A DNA stretch of 37,981 bases from an uncultured Gammaproteobacteria bacterium (GTDB lineage: Bacteria > Pseudomonadota > Gammaproteobacteria > GCA-001735895): contig CAZJEJ010000001.1 in NCBI GenBank assembly GCA_964544945.1, forward strand, positions 21,820-59,800, read 5' to 3'. Positions 18,760 through 29,078 of this stretch are shown one piece after another; position 1 is the stretch's first letter; each line of letters opens with the position of its first letter. A program made the translations under genes and the position numbers. The notes beneath the pieces are model-generated. The model saw only the letters and a list, made by a program, of their open reading frames with translations. It was not told where the DNA came from and did not search any database.

Positions 18760-20928
18760 ATGTCGCGGGCGGAAAACGCCAATTTATTTGAAGTAGTCGC
18801 TGGCGGTCAACCGTTCGACCAGGACGCGACGCAAATTAACGATCTTTGTGCCGAACTGGCAGAGTACCTTGATACCGGGCAGGTTGAAGAAGTTTATCGA
18901 GCCTATTTGCTCGGCGCGCAGGCACACGAAGGACAGAGCCGAGTTTCCGGCGAACCCTACATAAGCCACCCGGTTGCGGTGGCTCGAATCCTGTGTGAGA
19001 TGCGCATGGATGCCAATAGCATTATTGCAGCGATTCTGCACGATGTGATCGAAGATACGCCGACCCTGAAAGAACAACTGGCCGAACATTTTGGCGACGA
19101 AGTTGCAGAACTGGTTGACGGAGTAAGCAAGCTTACCAAGATTGATTTCCGTACCAAGGCAGAGGCTCAGGCCGAAAATTTCCGCAAGATGATGCTGGCA
19201 ATGGTGAAAGATATCCGCGTCATTATCATCAAGCTCGCCGATCGCCTCCACAATATGCGTACTCTCGATGCGATGCGGCCCGATAAACGACGACGCATCG
19301 CGCGCGAAACCATGGATATTTACGCGCCAATCGCCAACCGGCTCGGCATATTCAAAATGCGTCATGAGCTGCTCGATTTATCGATCAAAAGTGCCTATCC
19401 GATGCGCTACCGGGCGCTCGAAAGCGCCTGCAAGGAAGTTGTTGGTTACCGCAAGGAAATTTTCAACACTATCGAGGCAGCGATTCGCGAAAGATTGAGG
19501 GAAGTCAATATCGACGCGGTAGTTAAATACCGGCAAAAAAACATTCACAGTATTTACCGCAAAATGAAGGAGAAAAAGCTCAGTTTCAAGGCGTTAACCG
19601 ATGTTTTCGGGGTGCGAATCATGACCGATTCAGTCGACGATTGTTACCGCGTACTCGGCGTAATGCATAATCTTTACAAACCGTTGCCAGGTAAATTCAA
19701 GGATTACCTCGCAATTCCAAAGACCAATGGTTACCAGTCTTTACATAGCAGCCTGTTTGGCCCCCACGGGGTTGCTATCGAAGTTCAAATTCGAACCGAG
19801 GAAATGGATCACTTCGCCGAATCCGGTATTGCTGCTCACTGGATTTACAAGGAGGGTGAAAATAGTACGACGACGGCCCAGTCCCGCGCTCTTGAGTGGC
19901 TAAAAAGCCTGCTTGAAATGCAGCAAAAATCGGGCAGTTCCCAGGAGTTCCTGGAGAGCGTCAAGGTCGATCTGTTTCCAGACGAAATTTACGTATTTAC
20001 GCCTAAAGGCGATATTAAGAAAATGCCGCGCGGTTCGACGGTGGTCGATTTTGCCTACGCGGTGCATACGGATGTGGGTAACACCTGTGTTGCCGCTCGT
20101 ATCGATAACCACATGTCACCGTTAAGCAGCCGGCTATACAACAGCCAAACTATTGAAATAATCAGTTCAGACGCGAGCCGCCCCCATCCCAGTTGGCTAG
20201 ATTTTGTAATCACCGCCAAGGCGCGCACAAATATCCGACATTTTTTAAAATCCCTGCAAAAAACCGAAGCGATTTCGCTCGGTCAGCGGCTGTTGCAACA
20301 ATCGGTAAGCCTCGTAGTTGGGCGAGATGAAGCCATCACTAAAGAAAAAATTGACAAGGTGCTGGAGCAATACCAGATACCCGACCACCAGGAATTGCTG
20401 GCTGAAATTGGCCTCGGGAATCGCAATTCCAGCCTTGTTGCCAAGGCGATGTATGATATCGAGGAAGACGATACGGCTTACGATGGATCTGGAAAGCCGC
20501 TGGCAATCAAGGGCACCGAAGGCATGGTGGTGTCGTTTGCCAAGTGCTGTCGGCCAGTACCCGGCGACGCGATCATCGGCTTCATGTCTGCGGGAAAGGG
20601 TATTGTGGTACACCGGCAAATCTGTCGCAACATTCCCGATACAGACCGCGAAAGTCGCAAGCTGTCGGTACAGTGGTCCGAACATGTGGAAGGCGAATAT
20701 CTGGCCTTCATGCGTGTACAGGTAGCGAACCAACGTGGTGTACTGGCTAATTTGGCGTCGACTATCGCAAATATGGCGTCCAATATCGAGCTCATTAACC
20801 TGACGGAAAAAGATGGTCGAATTTCCACGATCGAATTTGTCATCACGGTCAATGATCGAATTCACCTGGCACGAATAATGAAAAAGTTACGCAGCCTGCA
20901 GGTGGTTAATCGTATCTGGCGCAAGTAA
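18760..20928 (+). CDS. spoT: Bifunctional (p)ppGpp synthetase / pyrophosphohydrolase
   Basis: Intact HD hydrolase motif (HDVIEDT), RelA/SpoT synthetase domain, TGS and C-terminal ACT regions. 722 aa, following rpoZ. Confidence 0.92.
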   Translation: MSRAENANLFEVVAGGQPFDQDATQINDLCAELAEYLDTGQVEEVYRAYLLGAQAHEGQSRVSGEPYISHPVAVARILCEMRMDANSIIAAILHDVIEDTPTLKEQLAEHFGDEVAELVDGVSKLTKIDFRTKAEAQAENFRKMMLAMVKDIRVIIIKLADRLHNMRTLDAMRPDKRRRIARETMDIYAPIANRLGIFKMRHELLDLSIKSAYPMRYRALESACKEVVGYRKEIFNTIEAAIRERLREVNIDAVVKYRQKNIHSIYRKMKEKKLSFKALTDVFGVRIMTDSVDDCYRVLGVMHNLYKPLPGKFKDYLAIPKTNGYQSLHSSLFGPHGVAIEVQIRTEEMDHFAESGIAAHWIYKEGENSTTTAQSRALEWLKSLLEMQQKSGSSQEFLESVKVDLFPDEIYVFTPKGDIKKMPRGSTVVDFAYAVHTDVGNTCVAARIDNHMSPLSSRLYNSQTIEIISSDASRPHPSWLDFVITAKARTNIRHFLKSLQKTEAISLGQRLLQQSVSLVVGRDEAITKEKIDKVLEQYQIPDHQELLAEIGLGNRNSSLVAKAMYDIEEDDTAYDGSGKPLAIKGTEGMVVSFAKCCRPVPGDAIIGFMSAGKGIVVHRQICRNIPDTDRESRKLSVQWSEHVEGEYLAFMRVQVANQRGVLANLASTIANMASNIELINLTEKDGRISTIEFVITVNDRIHLARIMKKLRSLQVVNRIWRK

Positions 20929-20994
20929 AGCGCTTTTGCTCGGTGGCGTTTATGCCGCATAATCCAGTTTTTCAATATATTGCTCGAGGAAATC

Positions 20995-21378
20995 ATGTCA
21001 AAAACCATCATTCAGACCAACAATGCCCCGGCGGCTATAGGCACTTATTCGCAGGCGGTTAAGGTCGATAGCACAGTCTATATTTCGGGTCAAATCCCAC
21101 TCGACCCAGCGACCATGGAAATCGTCGGCGATGGTATCGAAGCACAAATTACCCAGGTTTTTGATAATTTAAGTGCCGTGGCCGAAGCCGCGGAAGGAAG
21201 TCTCAGGGACATTGTCAAATTGAATATATTTCTCACCGATCTAGGCAACTTTCCGACCGTTAACGAAATTATGGCGAATTACTTTGATGAGCCCTATCCG
21301 GCGCGTGCCGCTATCGGTGTGTCTGCGCTACCGAAAGCAGCGCAGGTTGAAATGGATGCGGTATTGGTGCTGGAATAA
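20995..21378 (+). CDS. ridA: RidA/YjgF family reactive enamine/imine deaminase
   Basis: [43 protein letters not shown] (GAGGA) lies upstream of the ATG at 20995. Confidence 0.9.
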   Translation: MSKTIIQTNNAPAAIGTYSQAVKVDSTVYISGQIPLDPATMEIVGDGIEAQITQVFDNLSAVAEAAEGSLRDIVKLNIFLTDLGNFPTVNEIMANYFDEPYPARAAIGVSALPKAAQVEMDAVLVLE

Positions 21379-21393
21379 ACTTTATCCTATAGG

Positions 21394-23487
21394 ATGGAAG
21401 ACTGGTCTGCTCAGGGGGTACGTTATTTAAAGGGTGTTGGGCCGAAGGTCGCGGAAAAACTACAAAAACTGGGGATTCAAACCCAGCGTGACCTGCTGTT
21501 TCACCTGCCTTTGCGCTACGAAGACCGTACTCACATTACTGCCATAGGCTCGCTTCTGGCGGGTAGCAAGAGCATGGTTCAGGCCGAAGTGCTGCAGGCT
21601 GGCACCCACTTTCGCCGGCAGGGACGCTCGCACCGGACACTGGTGGCGAAGCTTGCGGATCATAGCGGTCTGCTGACGGTTCGATTGTTTTATTTTAACG
21701 CACGCCAACAGGAGCAGTTACAAAAAGGTGCCTGGCTGCGTTGCTTCGGCGAAGTTCGCAGCGCAATGGGTGAAATAGAAATGGTGCATCCTGATATCGA
21801 AGTCATCGATATCGATAACCCGCCTCCAATGATGCAGACCCTGACCCCGATTTACCCGACCACTGAAGGATTACATCAGCTTTCGCTGGGCAAAATTATA
21901 CGACAGGCGATCGAAAACCTGCGTACCCATGGAATGCCAGAGACCATGCCGCCACGCTGGCTGGAAAAATATCATTTCCCCGGCTTTGAAGCAGCCATGA
22001 TGCATTTGCACCGACCGCAGGATCAAAGCGATAGCGAGCGGATAGCCAACCGAAGCCATCCGGCCCAGTATCGATTTGCAGTCGAGGAGTTAACCGCGCA
22101 TCGCCTTGCATTGCTGGAGCGCAGGGCGAAAATTAGAGCGAAAAGAAATCCAGCAATAAAAACAGACGGAACCATGCAACAGTCCCTGAAGAGCGCTTTA
22201 CCGTTTGAATTAACCGGCGCACAACGACGCGTTTTGGCGGAATTGATGCAGGATTTCGAGTCGGCCAAACCGATGATGCGCCTGCTCCAGGGAGATGTCG
22301 GTTCGGGCAAAACCATCGTTGCCGCGATGGCGTGTGTGCCTGTAGCAGAATCGGGTTATCAGAGCGCGCTGATGGTGCCAACCGAAATCCTTGCCGAACA
22401 GCATTTTCAAAACCTGGAAGACTGGTTCGCACCTCTGGATTTGAAAGTCGTCTGTCTGATGGGTGCGGATAAGGGTAAAAAGCGTACGCAAAAGCTGGCT
22501 GCGATCGCATCAGGCGAGGCACATGTAGTGGTTGGAACCCACGCCCTGTTTCAGGCGAGTGTAGATTTTAGCGCCCTCGGGTTTATTATTATTGATGAAC
22601 AACATCGTTTTGGCGTCGATCAGCGTCTGGCTTTGCAGAAAAAGGCCTGGAAACAGGAAATGCCGCACCAGTTAATCATGACGGCAACGCCGATTCCACG
22701 AACCCTTGCAATGTCGATATATGCTGATCTTGACTATTCGCAAATAGACGAATTGCCCCCTGGACGCAAACCGGTCACCACGTCGATTGTTTCCGAACAA
22801 AAACGCGGAAATTTAATCGATTCGGTGGCGCGGTCCTGCTCCGAGGGTGGGCAGGCTTACTGGGTTTGCACGCTGATCGAAGAATCGGAGGCGCTACAAT
22901 GTGAGGCAGCAGAGAAAACCTTTGCATTGTTGCAACAACAACTACCAGGTGTGTCCGTTGGGCTGGTACATGGCCGTATGAAAGCGGACGAAAAAGAAGC
23001 GGTAATCCAGGCATTCAAAAGGGCGGAAACTGATATTTTGGTGGCGACCACGGTGATAGAAGTTGGTGTCGACGTGCCCAATGCCAGTATTATGGTTATC
23101 GAAAATCCAGAACGTCTGGGTCTGTCGCAAATACATCAGCTACGCGGTCGAGTCGGGCGGGGCGCGCGTGAAAGTTTTTGTATTCTACTGGTGAAAAGCG
23201 GGCTGTCCGCGCAGGCAAGAAATCGAGTGGAGATCATTCGTAGTCACCAGGATGGATTTGTCATAGCGCAAAAAGACCTCGAGCTACGTGGAGCGGGTGA
23301 AGTGCTGGGAACGCGGCAAACAGGCGAAGCCAGCTTCAAGATAGCCGATTTGTTACGCGATCAAAAGTGGTTTCCGCAGGTGGGTGAGTTGGCGCAGCTA
23401 TTGCAAAAAAATGAGTATGCCGGTATTCGTGCTGAATTGTTGCGAAACTGGATCGGGCATAAACAGGGGTATACGGAAGTTGGCTAG
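21394..23487 (+). CDS. recG: ATP-dependent DNA helicase RecG
   Basis: Wedge-domain N-terminus (LKGVGPKVAEKL..LPLRYEDRT), Walker A GDVGSGKT, DEQH box and the RGRVGRG motif. Confidence 0.95.
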   Translation: MEDWSAQGVRYLKGVGPKVAEKLQKLGIQTQRDLLFHLPLRYEDRTHITAIGSLLAGSKSMVQAEVLQAGTHFRRQGRSHRTLVAKLADHSGLLTVRLFYFNARQQEQLQKGAWLRCFGEVRSAMGEIEMVHPDIEVIDIDNPPPMMQTLTPIYPTTEGLHQLSLGKIIRQAIENLRTHGMPETMPPRWLEKYHFPGFEAAMMHLHRPQDQSDSERIANRSHPAQYRFAVEELTAHRLALLERRAKIRAKRNPAIKTDGTMQQSLKSALPFELTGAQRRVLAELMQDFESAKPMMRLLQGDVGSGKTIVAAMACVPVAESGYQSALMVPTEILAEQHFQNLEDWFAPLDLKVVCLMGADKGKKRTQKLAAIASGEAHVVVGTHALFQASVDFSALGFIIIDEQHRFGVDQRLALQKKAWKQEMPHQLIMTATPIPRTLAMSIYADLDYSQIDELPPGRKPVTTSIVSEQKRGNLIDSVARSCSEGGQAYWVCTLIEESEALQCEAAEKTFALLQQQLPGVSVGLVHGRMKADEKEAVIQAFKRAETDILVATTVIEVGVDVPNASIMVIENPERLGLSQIHQLRGRVGRGARESFCILLVKSGLSAQARNRVEIIRSHQDGFVIAQKDLELRGAGEVLGTRQTGEASFKIADLLRDQKWFPQVGELAQLLQKNEYAGIRAELLRNWIGHKQGYTEVG

Positions 23488-23599
23488 GCGAAAGGAGAGT
23501 AATGTCGACACCCGCGTTATTATTGATAATATTAGGGCCTGGATATTTCGATAAACCCTGCCTAAGACCGTGAACGATGGTAATAACTGAGATTATACG

Positions 23600-24838
23600 A
23601 TGAACCAGTGTGACCCCAACACCGAGACACTGATAGCCTACGATGAAGCACTGAAAAGCCTGGTCGAGCGCGTACTGCCGACGACAAAGATTGTATCCCG
23701 ACCCCTTTTGCAGGCACTCGGCGATGTGCTGGCGCAGGATTTGAGTGCCGCCATTGACGTGCCATCGGCAGATAATTCAGCGATGGATGGTTACGCGTTG
23801 AATACGCGCGCGCTTTCCGCTTCGGGCGAAACGGTGCTACCCGTATCGCTACGAATCGCGGCGGGTGAAGCCGGAACGATGCTGGCATCTGGTACCGCGG
23901 CGAGGATATTTACCGGCGCACTGCTTCCCTCTGGCGCAGACACGGTTATTATGCAGGAACAGGTCAGGCTGGTAGGTAATACAATCCGTTTCGAGCGCAA
24001 ACCAGCTCGTGGTGAGAATATCCGTCTGGCCGGCAACGACATTAGACGCGGCGACACGATACTAAGCAAAGGTTGTCGCTTGCGCCCCCAGGAACTCGGC
24101 ATTGCTGCCTCGATCGGGCTGCAAACATTGCCCGTATTCGAGAGGACTCGTGTGGGCATTTTTTTTACCGGGGACGAACTGGTCGAACCGGGCCAGGAAC
24201 TGGGCCCGGGTAAGATTTACGACTCCAACCGTTATACACTGCACGGATTATTGCAGTCGATGGGTTGTGAAATTGTCGATTGTGGACTGGTCGGCGATAC
24301 TCTGCAGGCGACCAAAGCAGCGATGCTCGATGCCTCTCAAAGGGCCGATCTAGTGGTTACCTGTGGCGGTGTATCGGTAGGAGAAGAAGATCATGTGCGT
24401 GTCGCCATCGAGCAACTCGGTGACCTGCATTTATGGCGGCTTAGAATCAAGCCGGGCAAACCCCTTGCTTTTGGTAATATTAACCAGACGCCCTTTGTCG
24501 GTTTGCCCGGTAATCCCGTTTCGGTTTTCGCGACCTTCCTGCTGTTTGTTTGCCCATTGATAAAGACGCTGCAGGGCAGGCCATGGGAAAAGCCTGTAGT
24601 GGCCCCGGTGGTAGCCGGATTTGACTGGCCGAAGCCAGACAGCCGTAGAGAATTTCTACGCGCTCGGCTTGAATATAATGACGCGTGTGAACTGGTAGCG
24701 CGTATTTACCCTAACCAGGATTCGGGTGTTCTTACGTCGACAGTGTGGGCACAGGGATTCGTCGATATCGCCGAAGGACAGACGGTTAATATCGGTGATC
24801 GAGTCGATTATCTGTCGTTCGAGCAAATATTGAGTTGA
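23600..24838 (+). CDS. moeA: Molybdopterin molybdenumtransferase
   Basis: 412 aa. SAMDGYA, TGA..P.GAD, the MoCF-binding domain (IFFTGDEL..GKIYDSN) and GLPGNPVS. Confidence 0.92.
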   Translation: MNQCDPNTETLIAYDEALKSLVERVLPTTKIVSRPLLQALGDVLAQDLSAAIDVPSADNSAMDGYALNTRALSASGETVLPVSLRIAAGEAGTMLASGTAARIFTGALLPSGADTVIMQEQVRLVGNTIRFERKPARGENIRLAGNDIRRGDTILSKGCRLRPQELGIAASIGLQTLPVFERTRVGIFFTGDELVEPGQELGPGKIYDSNRYTLHGLLQSMGCEIVDCGLVGDTLQATKAAMLDASQRADLVVTCGGVSVGEEDHVRVAIEQLGDLHLWRLRIKPGKPLAFGNINQTPFVGLPGNPVSVFATFLLFVCPLIKTLQGRPWEKPVVAPVVAGFDWPKPDSRREFLRARLEYNDACELVARIYPNQDSGVLTSTVWAQGFVDIAEGQTVNIGDRVDYLSFEQILS

Positions 24839-24839
24839 C

Positions 24840-25283
24840 ATGATAATTAAAGTACAGGAACAGGATTTTGATATTGCCGAAGTCCATCGGCAATTACTCG
24901 CTGGACGCAGTGACGTCGGTGCAATTTCCAGCTTTGTTGGCCTGGTGCGCGATTTACCGCAGAATCGTCTGCAGAAACTGACACTCGAACACTACCCGGA
25001 CATGACCGAGAAAGCGCTGCAAAAAATCGTTGAAAAGGCAAACCAGCGCTGGGATATATTCGACTGTGCAATCATTCATCGGGTTGGTGAATTGAAGCCA
25101 GCAGATCAGATCGTTCTGGTTAGCGTTTTGTCGGCACATCGAAAGGCAGCCTTTAACGCCTGTGAATATATTATGGATTATCTCAAAACCGATGCGCCAT
25201 TCTGGAAAAAGGAAACCGATGACCAGGGCGAAAAATGGGTAGATTCAAAGGAGAGCGATACCGACGCCAGGAAACGATGGTAA
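24840..25283 (+). CDS. moaE: Molybdopterin synthase catalytic subunit
   Basis: 147 aa. GAISSFVGLVRD..LEHYPDM..IIHRVGEL..APFWKKE pattern. The ATG lies 1 nt after the moeA stop. Confidence 0.9.
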   Translation: MIIKVQEQDFDIAEVHRQLLAGRSDVGAISSFVGLVRDLPQNRLQKLTLEHYPDMTEKALQKIVEKANQRWDIFDCAIIHRVGELKPADQIVLVSVLSAHRKAAFNACEYIMDYLKTDAPFWKKETDDQGEKWVDSKESDTDARKRW

Positions 25284-25413
25284 TCGCTGGGCGTAATCAG
25301 GAAGCTGTATAAAGCCCCCCATATTTTTTGATTTAATGCGTCACGGTAGCCAATTTGTCTGTTATTTCCTGCTACAATCGCGCTTGTTTGAGTAAGTGCC
25401 TGTTCCGAGTACG

Positions 25414-27588
25414 ATGGATGTTTCCCACCTGCTAGATTCCCTTAATGACCGCCAGCGCGAAGCTGTCAGTACCGAGCCAGGACCTGTCCTGGTACTGGCC
25501 GGTGCGGGTAGCGGTAAAACCCGGGTTTTGACTCATCGGATTGCCTGGGTATGCGAAGTCGGTGGCTTATCACCGTTTAGCCTGCTCGCGGTTACCTTTA
25601 CCAATAAGGCGGCGAGTGAAATGCGCGCCCGGGTCGAAGGCTTACTGGGAATTTCTGCTGGCGCGATGTGGGTCGGTACCTTTCACGGGCTTGCACACCG
25701 CATGTTACGTGCCCACTGGGAGGCGGCAAAGCTGCCACAAAGCTTTCAAATTCTCGACAGCGACGACCAGCTACGCATGGTTAAGCGCGTAATCCGGCAA
25801 CTTGAGTTAGACGAGACTAATTGGCCTGCCAGGCAGGCACAATGGTTCATCAACCACAATAAAGACGAAGGTTTGCGTCCCGCGCATATAGATCCGGGAA
25901 ACGACCATATAGAGCAACAATTACTCGCGATCTATCAATTATACGAAACGCTGTGCGAGCGAGCCGGCGCGGTCGATTTCGCCGAGTTATTGCTGCGTAC
26001 CTTAGAGTTGATCCGTGATAATGACGATCTACGCGCGCATTACCAACGACGATTTCAGCATATCCTGGTGGATGAATTTCAAGACACCAATGCGATTCAA
26101 TACGCCTGGTTAAGGTTGATGGCAGGCGGCGAGACGCCGATATTCGTGGTAGGCGACGACGATCAGTCAATTTACGGCTGGCGCGGAGCACGCATCGAAA
26201 ATATTCACCATTTCGAAAAGGATTTTGCTGATACTCGGATCATTCGCCTCGAGCAAAATTACCGCTCCACGGGTATTATTCTGAAGGCGGCAAACGCGTT
26301 GATCGATAATAATCGCGGCCGTTTGGGAAAAAAACTATGGACCGAGAGCGATGACGGTGAACCTATTATGTTTTATTGCGCCTACAACGAAAAGGACGAA
26401 GCGCGCTTTGTCGTCGATCGGATCCAGAGTTGGGTCGATCAGGGGCGTAACCGTAATGAAGTGGCGGTGTTGTATCGCTCTAACGCACAGTCACGCCAGT
26501 TTGAAGAAATCCTCGTGGCCCGTGGCATGCCTTATCGAGTCTATGGCGGGATGCGTTTTTTCGAGCGTGCCGAAGTCAAGGATACGCTGGCTTACCTGAG
26601 AATACTCGCCAATCCGATGGCCGATCATGCCTTTGATCGGACCGTGAATCATCCGCCGCGCGGGATTGGGCAAAAAACCATTGGACTGATACGTGAGCAG
26701 GCCAAATCGCAGTCCCAATCACTTTGGAATGCGGCAATTTCTCTGCTCGAAAGTGGGCAATTAACTGCCCGCGCGCAGACCGCGCTACAGGCTTATATCG
26801 AACTAATAGGGCGGATGCAGAGCAATCTTCTCGCCATGAATTTATCAGAGCAAATACAGCTTTGTATTGAGCAAAGTGGGTTGAAAGTACATTTCAGCAA
26901 GGATAAAACCGAGAAGGGAATGTCACGGCTAGAAAACTTGCAGGAATTAATCGGTGCAGGCAAAAGTTTTCAATTCGAGGCCGAGCCTGAAACTGAAGAG
27001 ATGAGCCCGCTCGACGCTTTTCTCACCCATGCCGCGCTGGAAGCGGGCGAAGACCAGGCTGAAGCCTGGGAAGATTGCGTGCAGTTGATGACGCTGCACT
27101 CGGTCAAGGGACTGGAATTCCCACTGGTATTTCTGGTGGGAATGGAAGAAGGCCTGTTTCCCCACCAGCGTTCCAGCGAAGAGCCGGGAAGAATGGAAGA
27201 AGAGCGCCGCTTATGTTATGTCGGTATTACCCGAGCCCGGGAGCAACTGGTGGTGAGTAGTGCGGAGGTGCGCAGGTTATACGGTAATGAAAATTACAAT
27301 ATGGTATCGCGGTTTATCCGCGAGATTCCGGATGAATATCTACAGGAAATCAGGCCAAAGGCGCAGTTCTCACGGCCCACGTTCTCAGCACCGAAAAAAA
27401 TAACGCGTCGGGAAACCGAGGCGGAGACAGGGCTGTTTGTCGGACAAAGCGTCAACCACAACAAGTTTGGTAGTGGCGTCGTGTTAAATCTGGAGGGAAA
27501 GGGTACGCAATCCCGCGTTCAGGTGAACTTTGAGCGGGCTGGCAGCAAATGGTTGATGGTTGATCTGGCAAACCTGAAAACAGCCTGA
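25414..27588 (+). CDS. uvrD: DNA helicase II
   Basis: MDVSHLLDSLNDRQREAV is the canonical UvrD N-terminus. Also GAGSGKT, DEFQDTN, YRS and TLHSVKGLEF motifs. Confidence 0.93.
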   Translation: MDVSHLLDSLNDRQREAVSTEPGPVLVLAGAGSGKTRVLTHRIAWVCEVGGLSPFSLLAVTFTNKAASEMRARVEGLLGISAGAMWVGTFHGLAHRMLRAHWEAAKLPQSFQILDSDDQLRMVKRVIRQLELDETNWPARQAQWFINHNKDEGLRPAHIDPGNDHIEQQLLAIYQLYETLCERAGAVDFAELLLRTLELIRDNDDLRAHYQRRFQHILVDEFQDTNAIQYAWLRLMAGGETPIFVVGDDDQSIYGWRGARIENIHHFEKDFADTRIIRLEQNYRSTGIILKAANALIDNNRGRLGKKLWTESDDGEPIMFYCAYNEKDEARFVVDRIQSWVDQGRNRNEVAVLYRSNAQSRQFEEILVARGMPYRVYGGMRFFERAEVKDTLAYLRILANPMADHAFDRTVNHPPRGIGQKTIGLIREQAKSQSQSLWNAAISLLESGQLTARAQTALQAYIELIGRMQSNLLAMNLSEQIQLCIEQSGLKVHFSKDKTEKGMSRLENLQELIGAGKSFQFEAEPETEEMSPLDAFLTHAALEAGEDQAEAWEDCVQLMTLHSVKGLEFPLVFLVGMEEGLFPHQRSSEEPGRMEEERRLCYVGITRAREQLVVSSAEVRRLYGNENYNMVSRFIREIPDEYLQEIRPKAQFSRPTFSAPKKITRRETEAETGLFVGQSVNHNKFGSGVVLNLEGKGTQSRVQVNFERAGSKWLMVDLANLKTA

Positions 27589-27715
27589 TCTGCCGGGTTA
27601 GAAAACTCAGGCGCCCAAAGTCAATAAAAACAGGCTTGATACCATATCTCACAGGGTGTTAGCAGTGTTAAAATCATGCGCATCGAAAATTTTAGAAAAT
27701 CTTAAAGGAAAACAT

Positions 27716-28579
27716 ATGAGCAATCAAAAAGTCGCTTTTGTAGGTCTGGGCGTGATGGGCTACCCAATGGCCGGTCATTTGTCCAAAGCAGGTCACCAGA
27801 CCAGGGTTTACAATCGCACGACAACCAAAGCCGAGCAGTGGTGCAAGGAATATCAGGGAGACTATGCGAAAACGCCGAGAGAAGCGGCCGAAGGCGCTGA
27901 TTTTGTATTTATCTGCGTGGGTAACGATGACGACTTGCGCTCGGTAGTGTACGGCGATGATGGGATACTGGCGGGGATGAAGGACGGGGCAATTCTGATC
28001 GATCACACCACCGCCTCGGCCAATGTAGCACGCGAGATAGCCGACAAGGCGAAGGTATCCTGCCTTGATGCACCGGTTTCAGGTGGACAGGCTGGTGCAG
28101 AAAACGGCGCATTAACGGTTATGGTCGGCGGTGAAAAAGCGGCATTCGATGCCGCCAGGCCAGTCATTCTTAGCTACGCCCGGGCTGTTGAGTTGCTCGG
28201 TCCTGCTGGCGCGGGGCAATTGACCAAGATGGTAAACCAGATTTGCATTGCCGGACTGGTGCAGGGCTTGTCCGAAGGGCTAAATTTTGCGCAATGCTCC
28301 GGTCTCGACGGGGCCAGGGTGGTGGATGTAATATCCAAAGGTGCGGCTGGATCATGGCAAATGGAAAATCGTGGGTTGACGATGCTAAAAGACGAGTTTG
28401 AGTTTGGTTTTGCGGTTGACTGGATGCGCAAGGATTTAGGGATTTGTATAGAGGAAAGCACGAAAAATGGCGCCGCTTTGCCCGTTACCAGTATGGTCAA
28501 CGACTATTATGGTGAAATACAGGAAATGGGTGGTAACCGATGGGATACCTCGAGCCTGATTCGCCGGCTGACGCGATGA
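27716..28579 (+). CDS. NAD(P)-dependent beta-hydroxyacid dehydrogenase (3-hydroxyisobutyrate dehydrogenase family)
   Basis: VAFVGLGVMGYPMA dinucleotide fold, DAPVSGG, and catalytic-region GAGQLTKMVNQ. The ATG at 27716 is preceded by AAGGAA. Confidence 0.85.
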   Translation: MSNQKVAFVGLGVMGYPMAGHLSKAGHQTRVYNRTTTKAEQWCKEYQGDYAKTPREAAEGADFVFICVGNDDDLRSVVYGDDGILAGMKDGAILIDHTTASANVAREIADKAKVSCLDAPVSGGQAGAENGALTVMVGGEKAAFDAARPVILSYARAVELLGPAGAGQLTKMVNQICIAGLVQGLSEGLNFAQCSGLDGARVVDVISKGAAGSWQMENRGLTMLKDEFEFGFAVDWMRKDLGICIEESTKNGAALPVTSMVNDYYGEIQEMGGNRWDTSSLIRRLTR

Positions 28580-28592
28580 TCGCCCCTGCGCC

Positions 28593-29078
28593 ATGTTGCA
28601 AATAGTCGGCAAAAATAAACACGTATTGCTTAGTTACTCGATTACCGATGCCGATACGGGGGTATTGCTGGAGCAAATCGAACTGCCTATTCCTTATATC
28701 CATGGCGGTCAGCAAGCAATGCTGGAAAGGGTCGAACAGGCGTTAGTGGGCGCCAAAGCAGGTGATCGGGTCGAGGTGAGGCTAAGCCCGGCTGAAGCTT
28801 ATGGAGAGCCAGACCCTGCTTTAATATTCACCGAGCGTCGAGCCAACGTGCCAGCGCAATTCCATCGCCCTGGTGCCGAGGTAGAATTTCAAAGCGACCG
28901 GGGTGATGTAAAATCATTCCTGGTTACCAGTGTGAACGAAAACGAAATCACTATCGATGGAAACAATCCATTGGTCGGTAAAAACATAATATTTAGTGTA
29001 CAAATACATGCGATTCGTGACGCCAGCGCAACTGAAATCAGGGAAGGAAGGCCAGATCAGGGGCCGAAACTGAGCTAA
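28593..29078 (+). CDS. slyD: FKBP-type peptidyl-prolyl cis-trans isomerase, SlyD-like, without a His-rich tail
   Basis: Collinear with SlyD: YIHGGQ (versus YLHGHG), AYGEPDP, and DGNNPLVGKNIIFSVQIHAIRDAS (versus DGNHMLAGQNLKFNVEVVAIREAT). Confidence 0.8.
   Translation: MLQIVGKNKHVLLSYSITDADTGVLLEQIELPIPYIHGGQQAMLERVEQALVGAKAGDRVEVRLSPAEAYGEPDPALIFTERRANVPAQFHRPGAEVEFQSDRGDVKSFLVTSVNENEITIDGNNPLVGKNIIFSVQIHAIRDASATEIREGRPDQGPKLS

Noticed and set aside
18784-20865. Long antisense ORFs inside spoT (18784-19365, 193 aa; 20245-20865, 206 aa; several shorter ones).
   Set aside because: They lie fully inside a gene whose sense-strand product has unambiguous HD, synthetase, TGS and ACT motifs. Their translations have no recognisable motifs and have shadow-frame composition. 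They are typical shadow ORFs of a moderate-GC gene.
23488-23599. Possible Moco riboswitch, or a Fur-like box (ATTATTGATAAT at 23519-23530), upstream of moeA.
   Set aside because: The spacer is only 112 nt. I cannot find the conserved Moco-motif helices, only short 4-5-bp pairings. The AT-rich palindrome has 5-bp arms and, by my alignment, matches only part of the Fur consensus (the central TGATAAT plus a few flanking positions). That is too weak to call.
25284-25413. Looked for a LexA/SOS box (CTG-N10-CAG) upstream of uvrD. Candidates were CTGTATAAAGCCCCCC and CTGTTATTTCCTGCTA.
   Set aside because: Neither candidate has the downstream CAG half-site at the correct spacing, so there is no supportable SOS box by eye.
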